DNA of 35,927 bases from a virus (IMGVR_UViG_3300012667_000243:1-35927); one strand, 5' to 3'. Numbered from the stretch's first letter, positions 25,163 through 32,582 are shown. Notes: a model not told the origin generated them from the letters alone. Made by a program: numbers and translations.

Positions 25163-26143
25163 TTAAACCAACAAAATATTTTCAGCTTCAGATTTCAGTC
25201 GGCTACCCTCACCGAACCAAGCGTTTGTAAGGCGCGTGTCTGCGTTATGACCGCGCTCATGGTCAACCCACTGCGATACAGCGTTAAGCAATCCCCATTT
25301 TGTTCCGCGTGTTCCAGCAAGGTTTGCGCCCATGCCTTTACCTTCGAACAAATCCATTACCTTGCCGTATCCGCGTGAGTGAACTAACACGGTGTCGTCT
25401 TCCATTTGCAAAGCTGGGGGAAACAGCTTCATTAAAAAGTTGCTGACATAGGCGCTGTTCACGCTTGAGTTTGCCAAGTAGCGGTATTTATCCATCATGC
25501 CGTCAAACCCGCCTACAACCAGACCCAAGCGGTTGCGCATCATGCTTGGATTAAAGCTAGAGCCGTGCCGAATAGATACGCGGCTGGGGGCAACTTCGCT
25601 ATCTGCCATGCTGAGAGTGTTGTTGCACACTACGCGGATGCTGGTAAATTGACCAACGGTTGCAGTTGTGCCGTCAAAGCTGGTTGACAGTAACAAGTAA
25701 CCTTTTACAACGTCGTCACCAAACACACAGGCTTCGCGGTTCGTATTGGCTAACGCCCAGATGCGCTTACCGCCTTTAATTGCACCAGCAACCTCAAGGC
25801 TGAAACCTGCTGATTGAACTAACGTGTTGAAGAAATCAAGGATTTCGTCAGGCTGATGCGGTTTGTAACGGTCGCTGACTACGCCAAGCGATGCACCTGT
25901 ATCTGAGCGATACAGCACATTTTTACCCTTGAACTCACGGGCTTCGGAATAAGAGTCCGACATTGGTGTGAGATATACAACGGGTGCAGTTTTGGCTTCC
26001 CAAGCAAGTCCCGCCTCATTGCGCCAAACGTCAATTGGTGCGTCGGGTGTAAGCTCTTGACCTAAACCGTGCCAAGGTTTTTTGCCAACAAAAGCGATTT
26101 CGGATTTGCCTGTAATAAGGCTGGTTTCAATTTCGTGTGCCAT
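25163..26143 (-). CDS. DUF932 / TIGR03299-like phage-plasmid protein
   Basis: MAHE, PWHGLG, LGVVSDRY, YLLLSTSFDGT, IRVVCNNTL and TKWGLLNAV motifs. Confidence 0.9.
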   Translation of the reverse strand: MAHEIETSLITGKSEIAFVGKKPWHGLGQELTPDAPIDVWRNEAGLAWEAKTAPVVYLTPMSDSYSEAREFKGKNVLYRSDTGASLGVVSDRYKPHQPDEILDFFNTLVQSAGFSLEVAGAIKGGKRIWALANTNREACVFGDDVVKGYLLLSTSFDGTTATVGQFTSIRVVCNNTLSMADSEVAPSRVSIRHGSSFNPSMMRNRLGLVVGGFDGMMDKYRYLANSSVNSAYVSNFLMKLFPPALQMEDDTVLVHSRGYGKVMDLFEGKGMGANLAGTRGTKWGLLNAVSQWVDHERGHNADTRLTNAWFGEGSRLKSEAENILLV

Positions 26144-26161
26144 TTTTTCGTGTCTTTCTGT

Positions 26162-26374
26162 TTAAGTTGCTGATACAAATTCGCCCGTTTTTACGGACTT
26201 ATAAAAAACTCCAGTGAAATACTTGCGCTGACGACCTGTTGGATACGAGCTTGCGTAATACAGGTTTCCATCCCAACCGCGTTCTTTTAAATCACGGGAT
26301 AAATACGGCATTTCGTTTGAACCGATGACTTTTTCAATTTCATAAATGCGGTTGTTGAGGGTGAATGTTTTCAT
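26162..26374 (-). CDS. Hypothetical protein
   Basis: ATG 26374 is ATGA-coupled to the upstream ORF. Confidence 0.65.
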   Translation of the reverse strand: MKTFTLNNRIYEIEKVIGSNEMPYLSRDLKERGWDGNLYYASSYPTGRQRKYFTGVFYKSVKTGEFVSAT

Positions 26375-26634
26375 ATATCTGCGCGGTGAACAATTAAAGT
26401 CTTGCATTTTGTCAAATCTACAAGCGGAACATAAATACACTGTTCCCCATCCCATCCGTCTTCATCCCACAAAGGATGCCCTTGCTTTACTGGATGAAAC
26501 GATACGGTTTTGCCTGTTTTGTTGCTGAATACGTCAATTGCTGTTGGGTACTTCCAGCCAAAAACACGAGCCGAAACATACAACGAACGAACTGACGCGT
26601 CATACTGGCAATCATTTACTTCAAGGTGCGCCAT
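26371..26634 (-). CDS. Hypothetical protein
   Basis: TAATG coupling; GGGAG RBS. Confidence 0.7.
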   Translation of the reverse strand: MAHLEVNDCQYDASVRSLYVSARVFGWKYPTAIDVFSNKTGKTVSFHPVKQGHPLWDEDGWDGEQCIYVPLVDLTKCKTLIVHRADI

Positions 26635-26840
26635 TACAAAATCTCCCCGTCTAATTCAATTGCCAACCCGTCGGCAGTCATGCTTTCCAACATATTGGAT
26701 GCGGCACGTCGCTCATTAAGTGTTACGCCAACTGCGGCAAACCCAAAATGTTCAGTGAAATAAGCGCGACCTGCTTCTGACACTGCGTTTACGTGAATGT
26801 CGCCCCAAGCGCCTGTGGTTTGAATTGATACGTCAATCAT
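26634..26840 (-). CDS. Hypothetical protein
   Basis: AAGGAG RBS; ATGA coupling. Confidence 0.7.
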   Translation of the reverse strand: MIDVSIQTTGAWGDIHVNAVSEAGRAYFTEHFGFAAVGVTLNERRAASNMLESMTADGLAIELDGEIL

Positions 26841-27106
26841 TTTGCAACTCCTTCAAATTCTTTTTTCCAGTAAGTTGGAATCCATACGGCTGGGTTCAAT
26901 TCTTCGCTGGAGTTTTTGGTCAAACGGTCAACCAATTTTTCGGCGAAAACATCTGCGACTAACTGAATATTAAATTTGTGCTGATAAGTTTTGGTGGTGC
27001 GCTGTTCTGCGTCAATCACAATAACTTCGTGATACACGTCACCCGCACCTGCTGGGATAAACGTGCCAACGGCTACAAAAATTTGAGTGTTTGGGATTTG
27101 CTTCAT
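26837..27106 (-). CDS. Hypothetical protein, first gene of the leftward early operon
   Basis: ATG 27106 follows AGAAAGG RBS. Confidence 0.7.
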   Translation of the reverse strand: MKQIPNTQIFVAVGTFIPAGAGDVYHEVIVIDAEQRTTKTYQHKFNIQLVADVFAEKLVDRLTKNSSEELNPAVWIPTYWKKEFEGVAK

Positions 27107-27115
27107 TGCTACTGA

Positions 27116-27185
27116 CCTTTCTAAAAAGACCCCAAACTGCTTGGGGCGTGACATAAGTATAAGCGAGCTTAAATAACCAAGTCAA
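27116..27185 (-). promoter_or_regulatory. Leftward early promoter (PL-like) with operator, 5' hairpin and RBS
   Basis: Minus strand TTGACT-18-TATACT. Inverted repeat TAAGC-GA-GCTTA at 27160-27171. Hairpin/RBS repeat shared with 25083-25113. Confidence 0.8.
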
Positions 27186-27253
27186 ATTAAGGGTTATTAA
27201 ATATTTTAAGAAACCTGAGTTCGCAGACATTTTTAGAAGTCGAAACAAAGGTA

Positions 27254-27298
27254 TTAAGCGAGCTTAACGGTGACAAGTAGCGTAAGGCGGGTTACAAT
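27254..27298 (+). promoter_or_regulatory. Rightward early promoter (PR-like) with operators
   Basis: GTGACA (27270)-17-TACAAT (27293). TTAAGCGAGCTTAA at 27254-27267 and TAAGGCGGGTTA at 27283-27294. Confidence 0.8.
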
Positions 27299-27304
27299 CA
27301 AGCT

Positions 27305-27460
27305 ATGTTAAAAACCGAAGCAATCCAAAAAGCAGGTAGCGTCACCAACTTGGCGAAGCTACTAAATATCAGCCAAGCCGCAATTAGTATGTGGGGGGAA
27401 AACATTCCACCTGCACGAGTGTGGCAGTTAAAGGTGCTAAAGCCTGAGTGGTTCGCATGA
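27305..27460 (+). CDS. cro: Cro-like HTH regulator, 51 aa (absent from the ORF track)
   Basis: MLKTEAIQKAGSVTNLAKLLNISQAAISMWGENIPPARVWQLKVLKPEWFA has the P22-Cro-type HTH pattern; first gene after PR. Confidence 0.88.
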   Translation: MLKTEAIQKAGSVTNLAKLLNISQAAISMWGENIPPARVWQLKVLKPEWFA

Positions 27461-27765
27461 GCTACGCTGACCTTGAAATGAAGGTTATCCAGTGGGGCGA
27501 AGCGCGGAAAATCATTCAGAACAGCACAGTCAAAGCGCAATGCCAAAAAACTGTTGAAGAAGTGACTGAGTTGCGCGATGCCATTCGTATGAATGACCGC
27601 GACGCAATGATTGATGCGTATGGCGACATACTGGTAACACTCATTATGGGCTGTGCCATTGCTGACTTGAATTTGGTTGATTGCCTTGAACACGCATACA
27701 ACGAAATTAAAGACCGCAAAGGTTTTTTAAACGAAGACGGAATTTTCGTAAAAGTTAGCTTATAA
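27457..27765 (+). CDS. MazG-like all-alpha NTP pyrophosphohydrolase
   Basis: KTVEEVTEL...DAYGDILVTLI acidic motifs and AYNEIKDRKG; ATGA-coupled to cro. Confidence 0.85.
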   Translation: MSYADLEMKVIQWGEARKIIQNSTVKAQCQKTVEEVTELRDAIRMNDRDAMIDAYGDILVTLIMGCAIADLNLVDCLEHAYNEIKDRKGFLNEDGIFVKVSL

Positions 27766-27771
27766 TGGTTT

Positions 27772-27852
27772 GAAACAGCGGCTAGGTTTGAAGTCATGAG
27801 CAAACCGAAAAGAGTTACCCCTTCTCCTGCCGAGTGTTTCTGTCTAAGGGGT
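27772..27852 (+). ncRNA. Candidate structured 5' leader RNA (three-way junction with possible pseudoknot)
   Basis: GAAACA/TGTTTC, CGGC/GCCG, GGTTTG/CAAACC and GAG/CTC stems. Loop ACCCCTT is complementary to AAGGGGT at 27846-27852. TATAAT at 27761. Confidence 0.55.
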
Positions 27853-27869
27853 TGTAAAAAGCGGGCTAT

Positions 27870-28694
27870 ATGCACTACTATCAATTTAACATTGGCGATT
27901 ACGCTAGTCACACGCGCCACCTGTCGCTGTATGAAGACCTAGCTTACCGCCGTCTTCTTGATATTTACTATCTTCACGAACGCCCGTTGAACGGATGTGT
28001 AACGACCGTAGCACGGAAGATTGGAATGTCACAGCATGAGGCTGAAGTTGAGCAGGTTTTAAATGAGTTTTTTGATTTTGACGAATCAATAGGCTGGACA
28101 CAAAGCCGAGTTGCACAAGATATTGCACACTATCACGCCAAGCAAGAGCAAGCATCACGGGCTGGCAAAGCGTCAGCACAGCGTAAAGCTAACGTAAAAC
28201 AAACGCCCGTTGAACAGCCGTTGAACGACCGTCAAACGACCGTTGAACCAACCAATAACCAAGAACCATTAACCAATAACCAACTAACCCCCAAAGCCCC
28301 CAAGGGGGCAGACGTTAGGTTTGAGGAATTTTGGAAAGCGTATCCCAAGAAGATTGGCAAAGACGCGGCACGTCGCGCTTTTGAAAAACGCAAGATAACC
28401 GCAGAACTTATGACGCTGGTTATGCAATCAGTTCGCAAGCAGTGTCAATCTGACGCTTGGAAAAAAGACGACGGTCAATTTATCCCGCATCCCGCTACAT
28501 GGCTGAATCAAGGTCGCTGGCAGGATGAGATTGACACGGCAACAGCCGCACCCGCAGAGCAGTCACTTATGACGCGGGGCGGTGTCGAAGAATTGGCGCT
28601 CAAGCTGGGTGAACCCAGATGGTCGCAAATGATTCCGTTCGAAACGTATCGACGGAAAATTTTAACTTTAGCCCAAGAAAGGGGATTTGTATGA
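27870..28694 (+). CDS. Replication initiator (YdaU/DUF1376 N-terminal domain)
   Basis: YYQFNIGDY...HLS...AYRRLLD N-terminus; FEEFWKAYPKK and PATWLNQGRWQDE C-terminal domain; internal iterons. Confidence 0.88.
   Translation: MHYYQFNIGDYASHTRHLSLYEDLAYRRLLDIYYLHERPLNGCVTTVARKIGMSQHEAEVEQVLNEFFDFDESIGWTQSRVAQDIAHYHAKQEQASRAGKASAQRKANVKQTPVEQPLNDRQTTVEPTNNQEPLTNNQLTPKAPKGADVRFEEFWKAYPKKIGKDAARRAFEKRKITAELMTLVMQSVRKQCQSDAWKKDDGQFIPHPATWLNQGRWQDEIDTATAAPAEQSLMTRGGVEELALKLGEPRWSQMIPFETYRRKILTLAQERGFV
28207..28310 (+). repeat. Putative replication origin: four 11-bp-spaced iterons, five 7-bp repeats and a hairpin
   Basis: CCGTTGAAC at 28207, 28218 and 28240, CCGTCAAAC at 28229. AACCAAT/AACCAAG/AACCATT/AACCAAT/AACCAAC at 28250-28284. 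GCCCCC-AA-GGGGGC follows. Confidence 0.75.
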
Positions 28695-29089
28695 AGTATG
28701 GACAGATGAACCATGTTGAAAATAGCATGGATGAAGATAGGCGTTTGATGTGCTTGGCACACAATTGCCCGAATGTTTGGTCGGTGGATGGTGGCAACGG
28801 CAGATTGTGTTCCGCACACGCTTGGGCAGAGCCTAAACGCTGGACACGCATAACTGACGAGCTATACACGGGCGCAGGGCGCAAATCGCAAGAGGTTGAG
28901 CCTACCCCAGCCCCACCACTTACACGCGCTGAAAAACAGGCTATTGCCGCCAAGTTTGCACAGCTTTTGAAACAGCCTAAAGACTTTAAGCAATGGGCAT
29001 ACGATTTAAAAGCCAAAGAAACTAAGGGTTATGCCCTGTCGTTGTTGCAAAAAAAGATGTGGCGCGAAGTTTTGAAGGAGCAAGCATGA
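28691..29089 (+). CDS. Hypothetical protein with Cys/His cluster
   Basis: CLAHNC...LCSAH; ATGA-coupled to the initiator. Confidence 0.7.
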   Translation: MKYGQMNHVENSMDEDRRLMCLAHNCPNVWSVDGGNGRLCSAHAWAEPKRWTRITDELYTGAGRKSQEVEPTPAPPLTRAEKQAIAAKFAQLLKQPKDFKQWAYDLKAKETKGYALSLLQKKMWREVLKEQA

Positions 29090-29346
29090 GTAATTTTCAT
29101 AGTGGCGGCACAGCGTTCCCAGCCGAAATGACAATTTTAATCAAAGACCTTAATGCCGATGTGCCAGAAACAGATTTGCGCACAACCACAATTAAACACG
29201 GTGGCATGACTTTGCGGGATTACTTTGCCGCCAAAGCAATGCAAGGTTATTGCTCAAACCAAGAACACTGCGCTAATTGCACAATTCAAATGACCGCGCA
29301 AAGTGCTTATGAGGTAGCAGACGCAATGCTTGAGGCGCGGAAATGA
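29086..29346 (+). CDS. Conserved phage protein (GMTLRDYFAAKAMQ type)
   Basis: GGTAFP...GMTLRDYFAAKAMQG...AYEVADAML; AAGGAG RBS. Confidence 0.85.
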   Translation: MSNFHSGGTAFPAEMTILIKDLNADVPETDLRTTTIKHGGMTLRDYFAAKAMQGYCSNQEHCANCTIQMTAQSAYEVADAMLEARK

Positions 29347-29579
29347 ATTATTTCCAAGCCCATGCAATCCTTAACGACGTTCGCATAGGGGCTAGCAAAC
29401 CCGCGCAACTGATTAACCAAGCACTTTTTTTAACTGGGGATTTGAGTGAATACGAGTTCGAGAGAGTGGATGCTGGAATGCGAAGCGCGGGAATGGATAA
29501 AGCGTTACAAAACGAAGCAACGCGAAATTGGCGTATTGGCGACAAAAGCGTGGTGGAGCAATCACGTTGTTGCGCTTGA
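29343..29579 (+). CDS. Hypothetical protein
   Basis: ATGA-coupled; ALFLTGDL segment; 3' part overlaps the next ORF. Confidence 0.55.
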   Translation: MNYFQAHAILNDVRIGASKPAQLINQALFLTGDLSEYEFERVDAGMRSAGMDKALQNEATRNWRIGDKSVVEQSRCCA

Positions 29580-29652
29580 AAAAATACGCGGCAAAGACGA
29601 AGCTGACAAATTAAGAAAACTGATGCGAGAAATACAAAATGGCAAAGCCTAA
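29446..29652 (+). CDS. Hypothetical protein
   Basis: GTG start after GGGGA; ECEAREW...KIRG..ADKL; overlaps the next gene start. Confidence 0.55.
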   Translation: MNTSSREWMLECEAREWIKRYKTKQREIGVLATKAWWSNHVVALEKIRGKDEADKLRKLMREIQNGKA

Positions 29653-30142
29653 AAAGATATACACGCTGGAAAGCCTGAAAGAAAAGACAATTGAAGTGGG
29701 TGAGTGCTGGGAATGGCAAGGCGCGTTTGGCAATAAAGTGCCTCACGTTTACCATGCTGGTAATTTGGTTTCGGTTCGCCGTTTGTTTACTGAATTATTG
29801 GGTGAAAAAACACCAGAAGGCGGGTTTTTGATTCCGTCGTGCAATAACGTAATTTGCGTCAATCCAGACCATACCCGCTGGTATAACAAAAAAAGGTTTT
29901 ACACCCGCGCCGCAAACAATGCCGCCAAAAGCCCGACCCGCGCAGTAAAAATTCAAATTTACAAACGCGCCCACAATGCCAAGCTAGACGAATCAAAAGC
30001 CGAAAATATACGAGCGTCAGATTTGCCAAGCCGTGAGCTTGCCCAGCTTTACGGGGTAAATAAAACCTTGATTTGTAAGATTCGCGCAGGTCGTGCGTGG
30101 GTTAACCTGTCTAACAATCCTTTTGCGGGGTTAATGCGATGA
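29639..30142 (+). CDS. HNH/His-Me finger-like protein with C-terminal HTH
   Basis: ECWEWQG and CNNVICVNPDH zinc loop; RELAQLYGV...IRAGRAW HTH. The catalytic His position looks degenerate. Confidence 0.75.
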   Translation: MAKPKKIYTLESLKEKTIEVGECWEWQGAFGNKVPHVYHAGNLVSVRRLFTELLGEKTPEGGFLIPSCNNVICVNPDHTRWYNKKRFYTRAANNAAKSPTRAVKIQIYKRAHNAKLDESKAENIRASDLPSRELAQLYGVNKTLICKIRAGRAWVNLSNNPFAGLMR

Positions 30143-30426
30143 GGCGTGCGGCAAAGGTTGATGCCAACCAAGATGAAATAGTAAAGGCTCTACGAGCTGT
30201 GGGTGCTTCTGTGCAATCACTTGCCGCAACTGGTAAGGGTTGCCCTGATTTGTTGGTCGGTTTTCGCGGTGTAAATTATTTAATGGAAGTTAAAGACGGC
30301 AACAAAAGACCAAGCGAACAGCTTCTTACTGACGACCAAGTAATTTGGCACAAGCATTGGCTGGGAACGGTTCAAGTGGTAAACAGTTCGGAAAAGGCTT
30401 TACGGATTTTGGGGGTGGTGAAATGA
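30139..30426 (+). CDS. VRR-NUC-like PD-(D/E)XK nuclease (putative resolvase)
   Basis: KVDANQ, GCPDLLVG, MEVKDG and LTDDQ..WH motifs. Confidence 0.85.
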   Translation: MRRAAKVDANQDEIVKALRAVGASVQSLAATGKGCPDLLVGFRGVNYLMEVKDGNKRPSEQLLTDDQVIWHKHWLGTVQVVNSSEKALRILGVVK

Positions 30427-30842
30427 CTGCTGGCAAAGCGATATATCAATTGACCGACGTAAAACAGGCGCACGGGGTGATTTTGGCGCTTTGGGAACGC
30501 ATGAAGCCAGTATTAGCCGCTGGCAAACAACTACAAATTGAGGTCAAAGCCCAGCGCAAAAGCCGACCGCAAGAGGAAATGTATCACGCGCTAATTGGTC
30601 AAATTGCAACCCAAGCCCAGCACATGGGGGCAAAGTGGGATGCTGAATCGTGGAAACGGTTTTTGATTGACCAATGGGCGCACGAAACAGGTCGTTCGCT
30701 TGGAAAGGTTATGCCAAGCCTTGACGGTGAGCGAGTGGTGCAACTTGGGATTCAAAGCCGCAAATTCTCAAAAGAAGAATCAATTGAATTTATTGATTGG
30801 CTAATGGCTTGGGGTAACTTACACGGGGTAGATTTGAAATGA
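30423..30842 (+). CDS. ninB: NinB/Orf-family recombination protein
   Basis: KSRPQEEMYHALIGQIA, ESWK..L, PSLDG and SRKFSKEE...FIDWL.AWG. Confidence 0.8.
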   Translation: MTAGKAIYQLTDVKQAHGVILALWERMKPVLAAGKQLQIEVKAQRKSRPQEEMYHALIGQIATQAQHMGAKWDAESWKRFLIDQWAHETGRSLGKVMPSLDGERVVQLGIQSRKFSKEESIEFIDWLMAWGNLHGVDLK

Positions 30843-31063
30843 AACAACATGAAATCATTGAGATGGCTAGACAGGCTGGAATGATTGCAGACGGTGAAAT
30901 GTGGTTTTCTCCAAGTTATGAAAACTGTGATGTTCATATTGCAGAACTTGAAGCCTTTGCCAAACTGGTAGCAGCTAAAGAGCGTGATGAATGGGCTAAA
31001 GAGTTTGCAGGATTAGGTGAATGGACTGCTGTGCATATCCTTGAAGCAAGAGGTGAAGCATGA
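30839..31063 (+). CDS. Hypothetical protein
   Basis: EIIEMARQAG...LEAFAKLVAAKER; ATGA-coupled. Confidence 0.75.
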   Translation: MKQHEIIEMARQAGMIADGEMWFSPSYENCDVHIAELEAFAKLVAAKERDEWAKEFAGLGEWTAVHILEARGEA

Positions 31064-31524
31064 GCCGCAAACGCTGTAAGCGCAAAGTTTGGTCTACCAA
31101 TATCAACCCTATTGCTCATGCCATTGCTGGCGCATCCGTTACCGATGTTTCGTCACTTAACCAACTAAGGGTAGGCGAAATTCGTTCGCTTGACCTTATG
31201 ACACGCGGGGATGCGGGTGTTCAAGAGTGGCAAATCTTGGTTGACATGATGAACATTGCCGAAATGATGGGCAAAAATGGGATTGGACCCGAGGTGTTGC
31301 CATTCTGCGACACAGCCACAACCGCGTTGCATGAAGCCGCCAAACGATACGAAGCCACTAAAAAAATGGGTTTATCTGGCACTGGCATTACAGCGTTACG
31401 CGAAATAATGGAGTATCACGACCTGCAAAGGACAAGCATTGCAAGGTCGCAATATGAGCGAATGATTCAAAAAACCCGCAACTATTTACGTAGTCGCGGC
31501 AAAGACGTTACGGTGATTACATGA
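31060..31524 (+). CDS. Hypothetical protein
   Basis: GAGGTG RBS; basic N-terminus; ATGA-coupled. Confidence 0.75.
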   Translation: MSRKRCKRKVWSTNINPIAHAIAGASVTDVSSLNQLRVGEIRSLDLMTRGDAGVQEWQILVDMMNIAEMMGKNGIGPEVLPFCDTATTALHEAAKRYEATKKMGLSGTGITALREIMEYHDLQRTSIARSQYERMIQKTRNYLRSRGKDVTVIT

Positions 31525-31841
31525 TGTTTCCAAAACACCAATATGTGCGAAGCCCCGCTTTGCTTAAAGCCGCCCGTGAAATTCCATGCCAACACTGCGG
31601 GGCAGATGACGGCACTGTGGTTGCCGCGCATACTAACTGGGGTGGGCATAAAGGCAGAGGCATTAAAGCCGACGACAACATGATTGCAAGCCTTTGCTGT
31701 ACCTGTCATTACGCTATTGACCAAGGCACACGCATGACCCGCGAAGAAAAAAAGGTAATGTGGGAAGCCGCACACGCCAAAACAATAAAAAAACTGGAAG
31801 AATTGGGGCTGTATCCAAAAAATGTTCCCAAGCCTGATTAA
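31521..31841 (+). CDS. YbcO/DUF1364-like zinc-binding putative nuclease
   Basis: PCQHCG...VVAAH...GIKADD...LCCTCH..ID. Confidence 0.75.
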   Translation: MMFPKHQYVRSPALLKAAREIPCQHCGADDGTVVAAHTNWGGHKGRGIKADDNMIASLCCTCHYAIDQGTRMTREEKKVMWEAAHAKTIKKLEELGLYPKNVPKPD

Positions 31842-31854
31842 GTTTGGTTACAAT
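31825..31854 (+). promoter_or_regulatory. Putative promoter for the terminal module
   Basis: TTCCCA-18-TACAAT with a TAAGTTTGGTTA box; shares GGTTACAATC with PR. Confidence 0.55.
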
Positions 31855-31875
31855 CGTTACAACTGAAAGGCAATC

Positions 31876-32277
31876 ATGGTCAAATTCAAAGCAAGCGTAG
31901 AGGCAACTCAGCAACCAGACCCAGTAATGGAGTTTGTCACCGTGCTGTTGCACAGCGTTACCAACGCGCACATTCTTCACCTAACAACCAACAGCCTTGC
32001 CCAGCACTTGGCTTTGGGTGAATATTACGAAGGTGTTGACGAGCTAGTTGATTCTTTTGCAGAGGCGTTTCAAGGCAAATATGGCGTATTGACCAACTGG
32101 ACAGAGGATTACGCTTTACCCGCCGAGCCTGTCGAATATATGAAGTTTTTAGGGGCAAAGGTTTATTCCCTTCGAAACCGACCTGAGTTTCCAAAAGACA
32201 GTGAGCTTCAAAATATCACTGACGAAATTGCGGCTTTAATTGACCATACGCTATACAAGCTGACGCGATTTAAGTAA
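31876..32277 (+). CDS. Ferritin/Dps-like four-helix protein (DUF5856-like)
   Basis: HILH...QHLALGEYYE..DELVDSFAEAFQG and NITDEI...YKL metal-site pattern; GAAAGG RBS. Confidence 0.75.
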   Translation: MVKFKASVEATQQPDPVMEFVTVLLHSVTNAHILHLTTNSLAQHLALGEYYEGVDELVDSFAEAFQGKYGVLTNWTEDYALPAEPVEYMKFLGAKVYSLRNRPEFPKDSELQNITDEIAALIDHTLYKLTRFK

Positions 32278-32303
32278 ACCACCAAAACAAGACACGAAAC
32301 GAA

Positions 32304-32582
32304 ATGACACTAGAAGAAATGCGCGGCTTCATTGCCGCACATGATTGGACATTTGCCAAGTCCATGCCAAAAGTCCCGCACTTTTATGTGGTGCGCGACA
32401 AATGCCGTTCTGACGAAGAATTTGTGCAAGCGGTGACACTGATACGCAAATACGGTGTCCCGCGCCCCTTTTTCCGTAAAACCTATATCTATCTCGACCT
32501 TGACGGGTGGAGCTACTGGACTATGGGTAATCCAATGTGGGACACCACAATTATTAACAGGGCTGAAATCAAATGCGAGTAA
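32304..32582 (+). CDS. Aromatic-rich hypothetical protein
   Basis: WTFAKSMP..PHFY...YWTMG...IINRA; overlaps the next gene. Confidence 0.75.
   Translation: MTLEEMRGFIAAHDWTFAKSMPKVPHFYVVRDKCRSDEEFVQAVTLIRKYGVPRPFFRKTYIYLDLDGWSYWTMGNPMWDTTIINRAEIKCE

Noticed and set aside
27298-27693. Minus-strand ORF as the missing CI repressor
   Set aside because: No HTH or S24 peptidase motif; it is the antisense shadow of cro and the MazG-like gene.
27772-27852. tRNA or hammerhead ribozyme
   Set aside because: No TTC T-loop, four-arm cloverleaf or CCA end, and no CUGANGA core.
28207-28290. CRISPR-like or satellite array
   Set aside because: Units are 7-11 bp with no unique spacers and lie inside the initiator gene; iterons explain them.
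29639-30142. Mobile homing endonuclease or intron
   Set aside because: It interrupts no gene, is coupled within the operon, and its catalytic motif looks degenerate.
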